Assembly: GCA_031409655.1 (NCBI GenBank)
Contig: JANNXQ010000066.1
Span: 1-64,000 of the forward strand
Direction of reading: 5' to 3'
Source of the DNA: Chthoniobacteraceae bacterium
GTDB lineage: Bacteria; Verrucomicrobiota; Verrucomicrobiia; Chthoniobacterales; Chthoniobacteraceae
Length of the DNA: 64,000 nucleotides
The notes beneath the pieces are model-generated. The model saw nothing but the letters and a program-made list of their open reading frames with translations, was not told where the DNA came from and made no database searches. Shown one piece after another: positions 39,115-49,465 of this stretch (position 1 is its first letter; each line of letters starts with the position of its first letter). The translations under genes were made by a program, and so were the position numbers.

Positions 39115-39561
39115 ATGCACCCCGAAATCCTCGTCCGCTATCTCCACTTCGTGTCCATCCTCGCGCTGACGGTCGCGATCTTCGGCCAGCATCTCCTGCT
39201 GCGCCCGAGCCTGCCGCGCCGCGAGGTGCAGCGGCTCGCCGTCCTCGATCTGGTCTATGCGCTGGCCGTGCTTGGGGTGCTGGGAACGGGACTCCTGCAA
39301 TGGCACGTCGTGGGCAAACCCGCGGTCTTCTATTCCAGCAACCCGGTGTTTCACACCAAGCTCGGCCTGTTCGGATTGATCGGGATCGTCTCCATCTATC
39401 CGACGATTTTTTTTGCCCGGAACAAAAAGGGCGAGCCGACCGAGACCGTGAGTATGCCGCGCGCGGTGGTCTGGAGCGTGCGCCTCGAACTGCTCCTACT
39501 TTTGGTCATGCCGCTGCTGGCGACCCTCATGGCGCGCGGCATCGGACTCAAGGGCTCGTGA
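39115..39561 (+). CDS. DUF2214-family membrane protein
   Basis: YLHF, D..Y, FY..NP.F..KL, SIYPT, LLATLMARGIG. Confidence 0.85.
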   Translation: MHPEILVRYLHFVSILALTVAIFGQHLLLRPSLPRREVQRLAVLDLVYALAVLGVLGTGLLQWHVVGKPAVFYSSNPVFHTKLGLFGLIGIVSIYPTIFFARNKKGEPTETVSMPRAVVWSVRLELLLLLVMPLLATLMARGIGLKGS

Positions 39562-39593
39562 ATCGCAGGAGGCGCCACTTTCCGCTGCTGCCC

Positions 39594-40502
39594 ATGACGC
39601 TCGCTTCTATCTTCGCGATGCTCCCCGGCTGCGCGTCCCTCACGCCTTACCAAGATGCCATCGCCAAGGTGCCGCAGGAAAACTTCCTGACCTTCCGCGG
39701 TCGCAAGGTCCATGTGGAGGAACACGGTTCCGGCCCGCCGCTGCTCTTGCTGCAGGGGTTTGCGGCTTCGACTTACTCCTTCCACAAACTCGTGCCGTTG
39801 CTAGCGCGACACTTCCGGGTCGTGGCCATGGATTACTACGGATTCGGCTACACGGAGCGCCCGCAGACGACGGATGAATTCGGCATCGACGCGCAGTTGG
39901 AACTCATCCGGCATGTCATGCAGGCGAAGCGGATGGGTCCGGCGACTGTGTTAGGCCAATCCTACGGAGGCACCCTGGCCCTGCTGCTGGCGCAGTCCGA
40001 TCCCGGGTTGGTCGAGCGACTCGTGCTCATCAGCGCCGTGTCGGAATTCGGCGAGTCACCCGCATGGGTGCGATCCTCGGTCACGCGATGGCTGGGTTAC
40101 CCCGCGAGCCGGCTCTTACTTTCGTCGCCGAAGCGTTTCCGCGCGATGCAGCAGCGGGCGTATCACCGCGAGGAAGTGCTCACCACGGAGGTCGCGGAGG
40201 CTTATCGCACGCGGCTTTTGATCGAGGGCTTGAAGGAGACTTACTTTGCTTTTACCGCAGGCATGGCCAGCGGAGCCAGCCCCGACTTGAATCTGACCGG
40301 CGTGAAGCTCCCCGTCCTCGTCATGGCCGGTCGGCATGATCGGATCGTGCCTTTGGAAAGCGCGCAGCGGCTGGTCGCCGCGCTCCCCGACGCGCGGCTC
40401 CTGGTCCTGGAGGAGAGCGGGCACTCCGCGCCCGAGGAAGAGCCCGCGACCGTGGCCAAGGCAATCCGGGAATTTGCCAGCCAGACTCGGGGAACGCCGT
40501 AA
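39594..40502 (+). CDS. Alpha/beta-fold hydrolase
   Basis: GQSYGG nucleophile elbow, G.HD..VP, SGH..PEE. Confidence 0.88.
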   Translation: MTLASIFAMLPGCASLTPYQDAIAKVPQENFLTFRGRKVHVEEHGSGPPLLLLQGFAASTYSFHKLVPLLARHFRVVAMDYYGFGYTERPQTTDEFGIDAQLELIRHVMQAKRMGPATVLGQSYGGTLALLLAQSDPGLVERLVLISAVSEFGESPAWVRSSVTRWLGYPASRLLLSSPKRFRAMQQRAYHREEVLTTEVAEAYRTRLLIEGLKETYFAFTAGMASGASPDLNLTGVKLPVLVMAGRHDRIVPLESAQRLVAALPDARLLVLEESGHSAPEEEPATVAKAIREFASQTRGTP

Positions 40503-40534
40503 GCAGCTGCTCTCACGGCACCGGATGCCTTTCA

Positions 40535-40829
40535 TACGATTTACACAGTCTTATCGCCTGAATGCTCTGGGAACGCCAACGGCGTTCGATCGTCCAGCCC
40601 AGGGTTGCGCGCCGCGCGCTACCCTGGGTTCTGGATTGAAAATGGGACATAACCCTGAAGGGGTTGAATCCATCGGGTCGCTCGCGCCGAAGGGTGAAAC
40701 CCTTTCAGGGTTTATACCGCTTTTTGCCGGGGCACCCAGGGTAGCTCGTGCCTCGCAACCCTGGGCTTAAGGATGGAGCACCTACGGCGCTCTCAACGCA
40801 TTCATGCACTTCGACCGTGTGAAACGTAT
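40535..40829. repeat. About 295-bp nested palindromic (REP/MITE-like) element between convergent genes
   Basis: atacgatttacacagtc/gaccgtgtgaaacgtat; agcccagggttgcg/cgcaaccctgggct; aaccctgaagggg/ccctttcagggtt. Confidence 0.8.
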
Positions 40830-41599
40830 CACACCCGCTCCAGCGGGAAAATGGTCACGTCCACCCCACGCGACATGATGACGTGATCGGGCGGACGGCC
40901 CGTAGGCGCGATGCCGTCGAGCGGCAGCAGATTTTCATCCCACGCCGTCACCTCTGCGCGGCACAGCGGATACGGCTCATGGAAAACCGCGCCGCACCGG
41001 AGACCATCAGGCGCGCTGGAATAGAGCCGGTAGCGTTCGACGAGAAAGAACTCCAGCGAACCGGGCGCAGGCTGCGGCAACTCCGCGCCGGGGGCGTAAT
41101 CAAACACGCAACTCGCGCCATTTGCCTGCGCGCCGGTGCGCACCGATTCGTAATGGATGAGGCCTTCCGGCGTGCGGCTCGATGTCATCTTCGCGTGCTC
41201 ATAGGGCAGATGAAAAAGCCGCTGCGCGATCTTCACCGCGAGCCATTGATTTGCATCGAGCGAGTAGAACCACACGCCCGGCACACCCGCGCGGTCATGC
41301 ACATAGGTGCGCAGATTCATCTCCATGAAATCCGAAATGCCCAGGACTGCGGGCAGAAATCGCGGACGGATATTGCGCATGAAGAACGGCACGACGCCGA
41401 GATACGCCTTGCCGCCAAAGGTATCCACGAACAGCCCCTCCGGCAGCGTCGCCTGAATCGCCGTCGCGGGATACTCCCAGTGCAGGAAAAGGAGGTCGCG
41501 CCAATGCTGATACATCACGGGGCTTCCCGCCGGCCGCAGCCGCGCGGCGAGCCGCTGAGTCGCGTCGGGAAAGTGCGGAATTGCTGGTGCGGCGATCAT
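40829..41599 (-). CDS. DUF2071 (YqjF) family protein
   Basis: MYQHWRDLLFLHW, EMNLRTYV, GVWFYSLDA, FLVERY.LY. Confidence 0.88.
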   Translation of the reverse strand: MIAAPAIPHFPDATQRLAARLRPAGSPVMYQHWRDLLFLHWEYPATAIQATLPEGLFVDTFGGKAYLGVVPFFMRNIRPRFLPAVLGISDFMEMNLRTYVHDRAGVPGVWFYSLDANQWLAVKIAQRLFHLPYEHAKMTSSRTPEGLIHYESVRTGAQANGASCVFDYAPGAELPQPAPGSLEFFLVERYRLYSSAPDGLRCGAVFHEPYPLCRAEVTAWDENLLPLDGIAPTGRPPDHVIMSRGVDVTIFPLERV

Positions 41600-41654
41600 C
41601 CTGGTGCGCCCTCCGTTACGCCCGACGCGAATAGAATGAAACATGAAAGACTGA

Positions 41655-42635
41655 ATGCCGCCCTCAATTCAAAACGTGGATGTATTGGTCATCGGCGCGG
41701 GCATGGCCGGGTTGATCGCGGCGGCGGAGTTGCAACAGTCTGGCCGCAGCGTGCTCGTGCTCGATAAAGGCCGGGCCGTGGGCGGGCGCATGGCGAGTCG
41801 GCGGATCGGGGCGGCGACCTTCGATCATGGCGCGCAATTCATCACGGCACGCGATTCCCGATTTGCCGCCGTGCTCGAGCAGGGGCGGCAGGCTGGGGTG
41901 GTCGAGGAATGGTGCCGCGGATTCGCGGAACACGCGGACGGGCACCCGCGCTGGCGCGGCAATCCCACGATGACTGCCATGACGAAACACCTCGCCCGCG
42001 GTCTCGAGGTGAGCTTGGAAAAACAGATCGTGATGCTGCGACGCGAAGCGGATCGTTGGCGCGCGGAAACCAACACGCGGGAAGTATTCTCCGCGGCGGC
42101 GGTGGTTTTGACGCCGCCGGTGCCGCAATCGCTGGCCCTCCTCGACGTCGGCGGGGTAACACTTTCGCCCGAGACCCGCTCGCGCCTCGCCAGCATCGAA
42201 TACGAGCGCTGCCTTGCAGTCATGGCCGTGATCGAGGGTCCTTCGCGCCTGCCGCCGCCGGGCGGTCTCGCACCCGCCGCCGGACCGATCGGGTGGATCG
42301 CGGACAACCAACAAAAGGGCATCTCCGCGGAGCCGGCTGTCACCATTCACGCAACCCACGCCTTTAGTCTCGAACACTGGGATCATGACCGGCAGGAGAG
42401 TGGCCGCGCCCTGCTCGACGCCGCCGCACTATGGCTGGGTGTGGGAGTCAAAACGTTTCAAGTCCAGGGCTGGCGCTACACCAAACCGTTGCGGGTTGAT
42501 GCGCAACGGTGCGCGCTGCTCAGTGAGTCGCCGCCGCTCGTGCTTGCCGGGGATGCCTTTGCCGGGCCGCGGGTCGAGGGGGCTGCGCTTTCGGGTTGGG
42601 CTGCGGCTGAGCTCATCCTCTCACTGCCTCGGTGA
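41655..42635 (+). CDS. FAD-dependent oxidoreductase (renalase-like)
   Basis: IGAGMAGL, DKGR.VGGRMASRR, DHGAQF, VEGAALSG. Confidence 0.88.
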   Translation: MPPSIQNVDVLVIGAGMAGLIAAAELQQSGRSVLVLDKGRAVGGRMASRRIGAATFDHGAQFITARDSRFAAVLEQGRQAGVVEEWCRGFAEHADGHPRWRGNPTMTAMTKHLARGLEVSLEKQIVMLRREADRWRAETNTREVFSAAAVVLTPPVPQSLALLDVGGVTLSPETRSRLASIEYERCLAVMAVIEGPSRLPPPGGLAPAAGPIGWIADNQQKGISAEPAVTIHATHAFSLEHWDHDRQESGRALLDAAALWLGVGVKTFQVQGWRYTKPLRVDAQRCALLSESPPLVLAGDAFAGPRVEGAALSGWAAAELILSLPR

Positions 42636-42731
42636 GACCTAGGCCGCCCTCTGGAGGCGGCAGCCATCGGGAAAGAGGCATCTGAATTCATTTCCTAGGT
42701 CGTAACAGATCACACACCTAAATCCTCATTT

Positions 42732-43541
42732 ATGAACCTAACTCTATCCTCCCTAGTGTCCAAAACTTCTACGTTAGCATTGATCGCGCTGTTGGCGCCC
42801 ACTAATGTATTTGCCGCTACAGGAGGCGACCTGAAAGCGGATGACTTCGTCGGTGTATCCTTCTGGATGATCTCGATGGCATTGGTCGCCGCGACGGCTT
42901 TCTTCTTCCTGGAAATCCAACGGGTTTCTGCGAAGTGGAAGACTTCTCTCACAGTTTCCGGTCTGGTCACCCTCGTGGCGGCGTCCCACTATTTCTACAT
43001 GCGCGACGTCTGGGTCAGCACCGGTCAGACCCCCACTGTTTTCCGTTACATTGATTGGCTGATCACTGTGCCGCTGCTCATGGTGGAGTTTTACCTTATT
43101 CTCTCAGCCATTACCAAAGTCCCGGGCGGGGTGTTTTGGCGTCTGATGATTGGGACGTTCGTGATGCTCGTCGGTGGATACCTTGGAGAGGCTGGCTACA
43201 TGAGCGTTTGGCCGGCTTTCATTATCGGCATGGCCGGCTGGGCCTTCATTCTCTGGGAGATCTTTCTCGGCGAAGCAGGGAAGATCAATGCGGCTTCCGC
43301 TCCTCCTTCCGTGCAGAAGGCTTTCAGCCTAATGCGGTGGATCGTGGTGGTGGGCTGGTCGATCTACCCAATCGGTTACTTCCTGGGCTACCTCACCGGT
43401 GCGAGTCCCGCGGACAGTATGAAGCTTCTCAACATCACCTACAACCTTGCAGACGTGGTGAACAAGATTGCCTTCGGCGTCATCATCTGGACCGCTGCCG
43501 TGAGCGAGACAGACAAGGCCGCGGCCACGACGATTCGCTAA
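42732..43541 (+). CDS. Proteorhodopsin (DTE motif, green-tuned Leu)
   Basis: 7 TM; HY, RYIDWLITVPLLMVEF, YNLADVVNK. Confidence 0.97.
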   Translation: MNLTLSSLVSKTSTLALIALLAPTNVFAATGGDLKADDFVGVSFWMISMALVAATAFFFLEIQRVSAKWKTSLTVSGLVTLVAASHYFYMRDVWVSTGQTPTVFRYIDWLITVPLLMVEFYLILSAITKVPGGVFWRLMIGTFVMLVGGYLGEAGYMSVWPAFIIGMAGWAFILWEIFLGEAGKINAASAPPSVQKAFSLMRWIVVVGWSIYPIGYFLGYLTGASPADSMKLLNITYNLADVVNKIAFGVIIWTAAVSETDKAAATTIR

Positions 43542-43676
43542 TGCGTGCGCTCTTCGGGACGTTGAAGCGAACGAAGCTTCAACGCCCGGGCCAAGTTGGC
43601 TGTGAGTTGCCGCGAGGTCTCTCCCGCCTACCAGAGCATTTCGAGGTCATCGGCGAAGTTAATCCTTCCTTATCCC

Positions 43677-44582
43677 ATGAATACATTCACCCCATTCGCC
43701 TGTGGCGCACCACCCGAGGCCTCGGAGGCTTTGCTTGGTGAGGCGGAAGAGCTGATGCTGCGCTTGGTTAGGGGGGAAGAAGGTGAGGACGTTGGGGTTG
43801 CCCCGGCTACGGTGACTGCCGCCACCAGCCACCTTGCCTCAGGTGGTCACCGGGTTCGGGCTCGTCTGGCGCTTCACGCTGGCGCGGCACTTGGCCTGCC
43901 CTCAGGCGATTCCGTCGCGCTCGCAGCAACTGCAGAGCTTTTGCACAATGCGTCACTCGTGCATGACGATCTTCAGGACCGCGGGGAACTCCGGCGCGGC
44001 ACCCAGACAGTCTGGGCTGCCTATGGAGACGAGGTGGCGATCTGCACTGGAGATTTGCTGCTCTCAGCCGCTTACGGAGCGCTCGCCACGGTCCACAATT
44101 CCTGGCTCCTGCCGGAACTGATCGCGCTGGTGCATGCGCGCACTGCCATGGTGATCCGCGGGCAATGCGCCGAACTCTCCGCAAGGGGACAACAAATCGA
44201 GGACATGGCGGTGTATGAGGAAATCGTCATCGGGAAATCTGGCGCACTCCTGAGCCTGCCGCTCGAGATGGCCTTTGCAGCCGCTGGGAAGAAGGCATGG
44301 ATGGGCGAAGCGCGGCGTGCGGCGGAGGCCTTTGGCATCAGCTATCAGATCATGGACGACATGGAGGATGTCGAAAGTGACGCGGGCGGCGACGCCGGAC
44401 CGCGCGCGGTGAATGCCCTCTTAGTTTTGAAAGCCGCTGGCTACGGAGCGAACGCGAACGCGGTAGCGCGAAAGATCGGTCTGCGGCATCTTCGCACCGC
44501 GGTGGAATCCGCAGATCGTCTCCCGAAAGGGTCCGGTGCATATCTGCGGGAACTCACGCTGGCGCTCTGCCGGCGGCTCTAG
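43677..44582 (+). CDS. crtE: Geranylgeranyl diphosphate synthase
   Basis: ELLHNASLVHDDLQD, RRG, YQIMDD. Confidence 0.88.
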   Translation: MNTFTPFACGAPPEASEALLGEAEELMLRLVRGEEGEDVGVAPATVTAATSHLASGGHRVRARLALHAGAALGLPSGDSVALAATAELLHNASLVHDDLQDRGELRRGTQTVWAAYGDEVAICTGDLLLSAAYGALATVHNSWLLPELIALVHARTAMVIRGQCAELSARGQQIEDMAVYEEIVIGKSGALLSLPLEMAFAAAGKKAWMGEARRAAEAFGISYQIMDDMEDVESDAGGDAGPRAVNALLVLKAAGYGANANAVARKIGLRHLRTAVESADRLPKGSGAYLRELTLALCRRL

Positions 44583-44601
44583 GTTCCTGCAAACTACTCC
44601 G

Positions 44602-46074
44602 ATGCGCGCCCTCGTCATTGGTGCCGGATTCGGAGGAATCGCGGCCGCGCTCAGACTGCGCGCCAAAGGATATCGCGTCTCGCTCATCGATCGCTGCGCT
44701 CATTTGGGCGGTCGCGCGCAGATCTTCGAGCGCGAAGGCTTCCGCCACGATGCCGGCCCGACCGTCATCACCGCGCCGTTCTTGTTCGAAGAATTGTTTG
44801 CGCTCTTCGGCGAGCGGTTTTCCGACCATGTCAAACTGGTCCCTTTGAAGCCGTGGTATCGCTTTCACTTCGCTGACGGTGACCACTTCGACTACGGCGG
44901 CACGCTGGAGGAAACGCTGGCGGAGATCGCCCGCATTGAGCCGCGGGATTGCGATGGTTACCATGCGCTGCTGGCCCACTCGAAGCGCATCTTCGACGTC
45001 GGCTTCACAGAGTTGTCCGCGCTTCCGTTCGACCGCTTCATGACGATGGTGCGCCAGATTCCTCGACTGATCGGGCTGCGCAATTACGAGACCGTTTGGG
45101 GAATGGTGTCACGCCATCTGATCAGTCCAAAGCTCCGCCAAGCCTTCTCGATTCAGCCCCTGCTGGTGGGTGGCAATCCGTTCGACACCACCAGCATTTA
45201 CGGGCTGATCCACTTTCTGGAGCGCGCCCACGGGGTTCACTTTGCGATGGGCGGCACGGCGGCGATTACCCGCGCCTTGGGTGCGCTGATGGAGCGGCAA
45301 GGCATTGAACTTAGACTCAACACGACGATTGATGCGGTGAACATCGAACGCGGAGTCGCGAAAGGGGTGACGCTGGCGGACGGCCAGGTGCTCACTGCGG
45401 ATGTGGTCGTGTCGAATGCCGATGCCGCCCATCTTTACCGCCACATGATCGAGCCCTCGGAGCAAGCCACCTCGACTCGGATGAAGCTCGCGGCGGCGCA
45501 CTATTCGATGGGTCTGTTCGTGCTCTATTTCGGGACGACGCGGACTTATCCCGAGGTCGCGCACCACACGATTTGGATGGGTGCGCGCTATCGCGAACTG
45601 CTCAACGATATCTTCCACCACAAGATCCTCGCGGAGGATTTTTCGCTCTACCTGCATCGCCCGACGGCCACCGACCCGAGCTTTGCGCCCGCCGGTTGCG
45701 ACAGCTTCTACGTGCTTTGTCCGGTGCCGAATCTGCAGGGGAAGATCGACTGGAGAACGGAAGGACCGCGCCTTCGGGATCGCATCGTGGCGGCGCTGGG
45801 GCGCACGATTCTGCCGGGCCTCGCCTCGACCATCACCGCGGATTTTTACAAGACGCCCGAGGATTTCCGGGATGCTTATCTCAGCGTGCATGGTGCGGGT
45901 TTTTCCGTGGCACCATTGTTTCGGCAGTCGGCTTGGTTCCGCTTTCACAATCGGGCCGAAGGAATCAAGAACCTCTTTCTCGTCGGCGCGGGCACCCATC
46001 CCGGAGCTGGGATGCCTGGAGTGCTCTGCTCGGCCAAAGTTATCGACGCGCTGGTTCCGGCGGCGGCCCACTGA
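44602..46074 (+). CDS. crtI: Phytoene desaturase
   Basis: IGAGFGG, DAGPTVIT, LVGAGTHPGAG.PGV..SAK. Confidence 0.95.
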   Translation: MRALVIGAGFGGIAAALRLRAKGYRVSLIDRCAHLGGRAQIFEREGFRHDAGPTVITAPFLFEELFALFGERFSDHVKLVPLKPWYRFHFADGDHFDYGGTLEETLAEIARIEPRDCDGYHALLAHSKRIFDVGFTELSALPFDRFMTMVRQIPRLIGLRNYETVWGMVSRHLISPKLRQAFSIQPLLVGGNPFDTTSIYGLIHFLERAHGVHFAMGGTAAITRALGALMERQGIELRLNTTIDAVNIERGVAKGVTLADGQVLTADVVVSNADAAHLYRHMIEPSEQATSTRMKLAAAHYSMGLFVLYFGTTRTYPEVAHHTIWMGARYRELLNDIFHHKILAEDFSLYLHRPTATDPSFAPAGCDSFYVLCPVPNLQGKIDWRTEGPRLRDRIVAALGRTILPGLASTITADFYKTPEDFRDAYLSVHGAGFSVAPLFRQSAWFRFHNRAEGIKNLFLVGAGTHPGAGMPGVLCSAKVIDALVPAAAH

Positions 46075-47021
46075 TGAAAGCGGCGACGGAAACTCCTGCT
46101 CGCGCCGCGTGGGTCGAAGCCGATGCCAGGCTGGCGGCGAAAGGGCGCAGCTTTCATTGGGCGCGGCATCTTCTCGGAAAGACCCATGCGGCGAGAGCGA
46201 CGCGGCTTTACGGCTTCTGTCGCTACCTCGACGATCTCGCGGATGAAGCTGCATCGATCGAAAGCGCGCGTGCGAATCTCGCCGCAGCCAGCCGGGCAAT
46301 CGCCTCGGGCGAATCCGGCGACCCAGTGCTCAGCGATGGGCTCCGCCTCATGACGGAGTGCCGGATCGCGCCGGGCCTCGCGCTGGAGCTAATCGAGGGA
46401 CTCGTCTCGGATCTTGATCCCGTGCGGATTACCGATGAGGCGGCTCTCCTCCGCTACGCCTATCGAGTGGCTGGGACCGTCGGCGTGATGATGTGCGGGG
46501 TGCTGGATGTGCATCGCCCGGCGGCTTATTCCCATGCCATCGATCTCGGCATCGCCATGCAGCTTACGAATATTTGCCGGGACATCGCGGAGGATGCCGC
46601 TCTCGGCCGTCGCTATCTTCCTGCGTCCATGATTGGCGACGTGGGTCCGGAGAAACTGATGCCGCCCGCCGAAGGTCTTCATCCCCGTCTCCGCGAGTGC
46701 GTGGCTTCACTGCTGGAGAAAGCGGATCATTACTATGTCAGCGGTGAAGCTGGCCTTTCCTATCTCCCGCTGCGGGCTCGCTGCGGCATTCTCGTCGCAG
46801 CGCGCGTCTATCGCGAGATTGGGTGGAGGCTGCGCGCGCGCGATTGCACTTACTGGCTCGGTCGCATGGTGGTGAGCGATCGTGAAAAGGCGGCGCTCAC
46901 CGCTCACGCGCTCTTGACTGCACCCTTAAGGAGATCCTTTTGGCGGCAGCCATCGTCGCACGACGCCAGTCTGCATGTCGCCTTGCGAGGATTGCCCTGC
47001 ATCGGAGTGAACCCATGCTAA
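46074..47021 (+). CDS. crtB: Phytoene synthase
   Basis: RSF.WA, YGFCR.LDD.AD, YRVAGTVG, MQLTNICRDI.ED. Confidence 0.95.
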   Translation: MKAATETPARAAWVEADARLAAKGRSFHWARHLLGKTHAARATRLYGFCRYLDDLADEAASIESARANLAAASRAIASGESGDPVLSDGLRLMTECRIAPGLALELIEGLVSDLDPVRITDEAALLRYAYRVAGTVGVMMCGVLDVHRPAAYSHAIDLGIAMQLTNICRDIAEDAALGRRYLPASMIGDVGPEKLMPPAEGLHPRLRECVASLLEKADHYYVSGEAGLSYLPLRARCGILVAARVYREIGWRLRARDCTYWLGRMVVSDREKAALTAHALLTAPLRRSFWRQPSSHDASLHVALRGLPCIGVNPC

Positions 47022-48193
47022 CGAACACCGACATCATCATCCTCGGCGGCGGCTGTGCCGGCCTGAGTCTGGCGATGCGGCTCGCCAGTCTCGGCGAGCG
47101 TGGCCCGCGCACGGTCGTCATCGAAAGCCGGCCGCGCTATACCAACGACAGGACCTGGTGCTTCTGGGGCGCTGGCTCGCCGCGGCTGAGTCACCTCGCG
47201 CGGCATCGTTGGACGACGGTTTCGCTCGCGACTGCGGATCGCCGCGTCACGGCGGATTGCCGCGCGACGCCGTATCAGATGATTCCGGCGGAGACCTTCT
47301 ACACCGCAGCGATCGAAGCGATCGCGGAAGCACCTCGCGTCGAACTCGCGATGGGCGAAACCATCACGTCCGAGCCACGGAAAGACGGCGACCTTTGGCG
47401 GATCGAGACCACCGCGGGCCAGCGCTGCGCAAAGATGATTGTCGATACCCGCCCCGGCCGGCGCCCGGAACGCGGCGCGGCATCTTTATGGCAGTCCTTT
47501 TCCGGTCAGGAGATCGAATGCGACGCGGCCCGCTTCGATCCGGACTCCGCCACCCTGATGGAGTTTTTGCCGACCAAAAATGGCCGGACCTCTTTTCTCT
47601 ACGTGCTCCCTGTCTCGCCGCATCGCGCCCTCGTCGAGGCCACCGTCTTCGCGCCGGACCCGCTCGGCCCGCACGATCTCGCTGCGGAACTCGATGCCGG
47701 CATCGCGCGGCAGGTCGATGGTGCGGGTTTCTCCGTGCTCCGGTCCGAGCACGGCATTCTTCCCATGGGTCAGGCGGCTCCTGCTCCCAGTCCCGACGTT
47801 TCCTATGTCCGCGCAGGAGTGGCTGCGGGCGGTGCGAGACCCGCGTCCGGTTTCGCCTTTCAGCGGATTCAACGCTGGGCGGACGCCTGTGCCGAGGCGC
47901 TCGCATCCGGGCAGCCACCCGTCGCGCATCCTCCCGATCCCTGGCGGATGCGGGCCATGGATAGTCTTTTTCTCCGCGTCCTTCGCGCCCGGCCCGAGAT
48001 CGCGCCCGATCTTTTTCTCGCACTTTTTGCCATGAGAAATCCCGGGAGAATCGTGCGCTTCATGAGCGACTGCGCGACGTTTTCGGACTGCCTCGCGATC
48101 GCCCTCGCGCTCCCGGCGTGGCCCTTCCTGCGGGAAATCCCCGGCGGGTTCGCGGCTCGCCCCCTAGCACCCGCAGGAGGCCGCAGCGGATGA
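47015..48193 (+). CDS. crtY: Lycopene beta-cyclase
   Basis: GGGCAGLSLA, DRTWCFW, F.YVLP, E.GILPM, RPASGFAF. Confidence 0.9.
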   Translation: MLTNTDIIILGGGCAGLSLAMRLASLGERGPRTVVIESRPRYTNDRTWCFWGAGSPRLSHLARHRWTTVSLATADRRVTADCRATPYQMIPAETFYTAAIEAIAEAPRVELAMGETITSEPRKDGDLWRIETTAGQRCAKMIVDTRPGRRPERGAASLWQSFSGQEIECDAARFDPDSATLMEFLPTKNGRTSFLYVLPVSPHRALVEATVFAPDPLGPHDLAAELDAGIARQVDGAGFSVLRSEHGILPMGQAAPAPSPDVSYVRAGVAAGGARPASGFAFQRIQRWADACAEALASGQPPVAHPPDPWRMRAMDSLFLRVLRARPEIAPDLFLALFAMRNPGRIVRFMSDCATFSDCLAIALALPAWPFLREIPGGFAARPLAPAGGRSG

Positions 48194-49419
48194 ATGCCCT
48201 GCGCATCCAGGGACTGGTTTTCAGCCTCGGGGCACTGCTGCTCGCTCTCGCGGCCACGGCCATCGGGCCGCCTGGCTCACGGATCGAATTGCTCGTCGTC
48301 GCGGCCCTCATCGTCGTCCTCGGCGTGCCCCATGGCGCGCTCGATACCATCTTCGCCCGCCAGCTCTACGGGATCCGCACGCTCCGGGATTGGCTGCGCT
48401 TTGGAGTCATCTACCTCCTGCTGGCGACGCTCGTCGTGGGGCTGTGGCGCCTGCAATCCACGCTGTTTCTCCTCGGGTTTCTGGTTATTTCCGCGGCGCA
48501 CTTTTCCGGGGATCCCGCCCGCGGAACGCCGTGGCCAGCGCGCGTGCTCTACGGAGGCGCGGTGGTCATTCTTCCCGCCGCACTCCACTCGGTCGAGATC
48601 ACGCGGCTCTTTTCGCTGCTCGCGGGAGAAGATGCGGCGGCCCTCTTGGTCCCATGGCTGCGTCTCCTCTCGTGGCCGTGGCTGATCGGGCTGTTTCTCG
48701 CCGCCACGCATCGGGCGCAAACGGATTGGCTGACGGCTTTGGAATTGGGATCGGTCGGCCTCCTCGCAGTCCTCGCTTCGCCGCTCTTCTCCTTCGTCGT
48801 CTTCTTCTGCGGAATGCACAGCGCCCGGCACATCATCCGGACGATCGACTACTCGGGCCGATCCTCGCTCGGCCTCATCCTCGGAGCCGCGCTTCTGCCC
48901 ATGCTCGGCGTGCTGGTCGCATCCGCAGCCGCCTGGCATTTCCTCGGTGGCACGCCGCTCGACGCGCGAGTCATTCAGTTAGTCTTCGTCGGCTTGGCCG
49001 CACTGACTGTTCCGCACATGGCCCTGGTGGAGCGAGTGCGACTCTCAGGCTGGGTCAAGGGAGCCGCGGCGATCGCCACGGTATCCACCCTTCTCATCTC
49101 CAACGTCTCCGCAGCGGAAGAAAAGTCCGTCGGCCGCGTCGCAGCTGCCTTCACGGCCGAGTCAGCGCTCGATACCTCGAAGTTCCAACCCCGAGCCGGA
49201 CAGATTCTGGCAGCAACCCGCCTTGAGTTCCACCGCCACGGGGGGTTATCAGGACGATCTGCTTCCCTACCCCGGTGCCGGAGGCAGGCGGGACATTCCG
49301 TTCTGGGCGGAAATAGCAGCCGACGACTTTGCCGTGGATCCGGGAGATTCCATCGCTCAGGCGGTGCGCGGATCGTTAATCGCCCGTTGTCCCAATCCGG
49401 TGGGCGTTTCGCGTGTTGA
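48190..49419 (+). CDS. blh: Brp/Blh beta-carotene 15,15'-dioxygenase with read-through C-terminal extension
   Basis: GVPHGALD, SAAHF, HSARH, LAALTVPHM; homology ends near 49070. Confidence 0.88.
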   Translation: MNALRIQGLVFSLGALLLALAATAIGPPGSRIELLVVAALIVVLGVPHGALDTIFARQLYGIRTLRDWLRFGVIYLLLATLVVGLWRLQSTLFLLGFLVISAAHFSGDPARGTPWPARVLYGGAVVILPAALHSVEITRLFSLLAGEDAAALLVPWLRLLSWPWLIGLFLAATHRAQTDWLTALELGSVGLLAVLASPLFSFVVFFCGMHSARHIIRTIDYSGRSSLGLILGAALLPMLGVLVASAAAWHFLGGTPLDARVIQLVFVGLAALTVPHMALVERVRLSGWVKGAAAIATVSTLLISNVSAAEEKSVGRVAAAFTAESALDTSKFQPRAGQILAATRLEFHRHGGLSGRSASLPRCRRQAGHSVLGGNSSRRLCRGSGRFHRSGGARIVNRPLSQSGGRFAC

Positions 49420-49465
49420 AATCAGAAGGCCGGTCGTGATTCCGAGACGAGCGGCAATCCCTCCG

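Noticed and set aside
49150..49450. Possible RskA C-terminal remnant on the minus strand (RLPPAPG..GKQ)
   Set aside because: Only a few residues match, amid stops; cannot be supported without a search.
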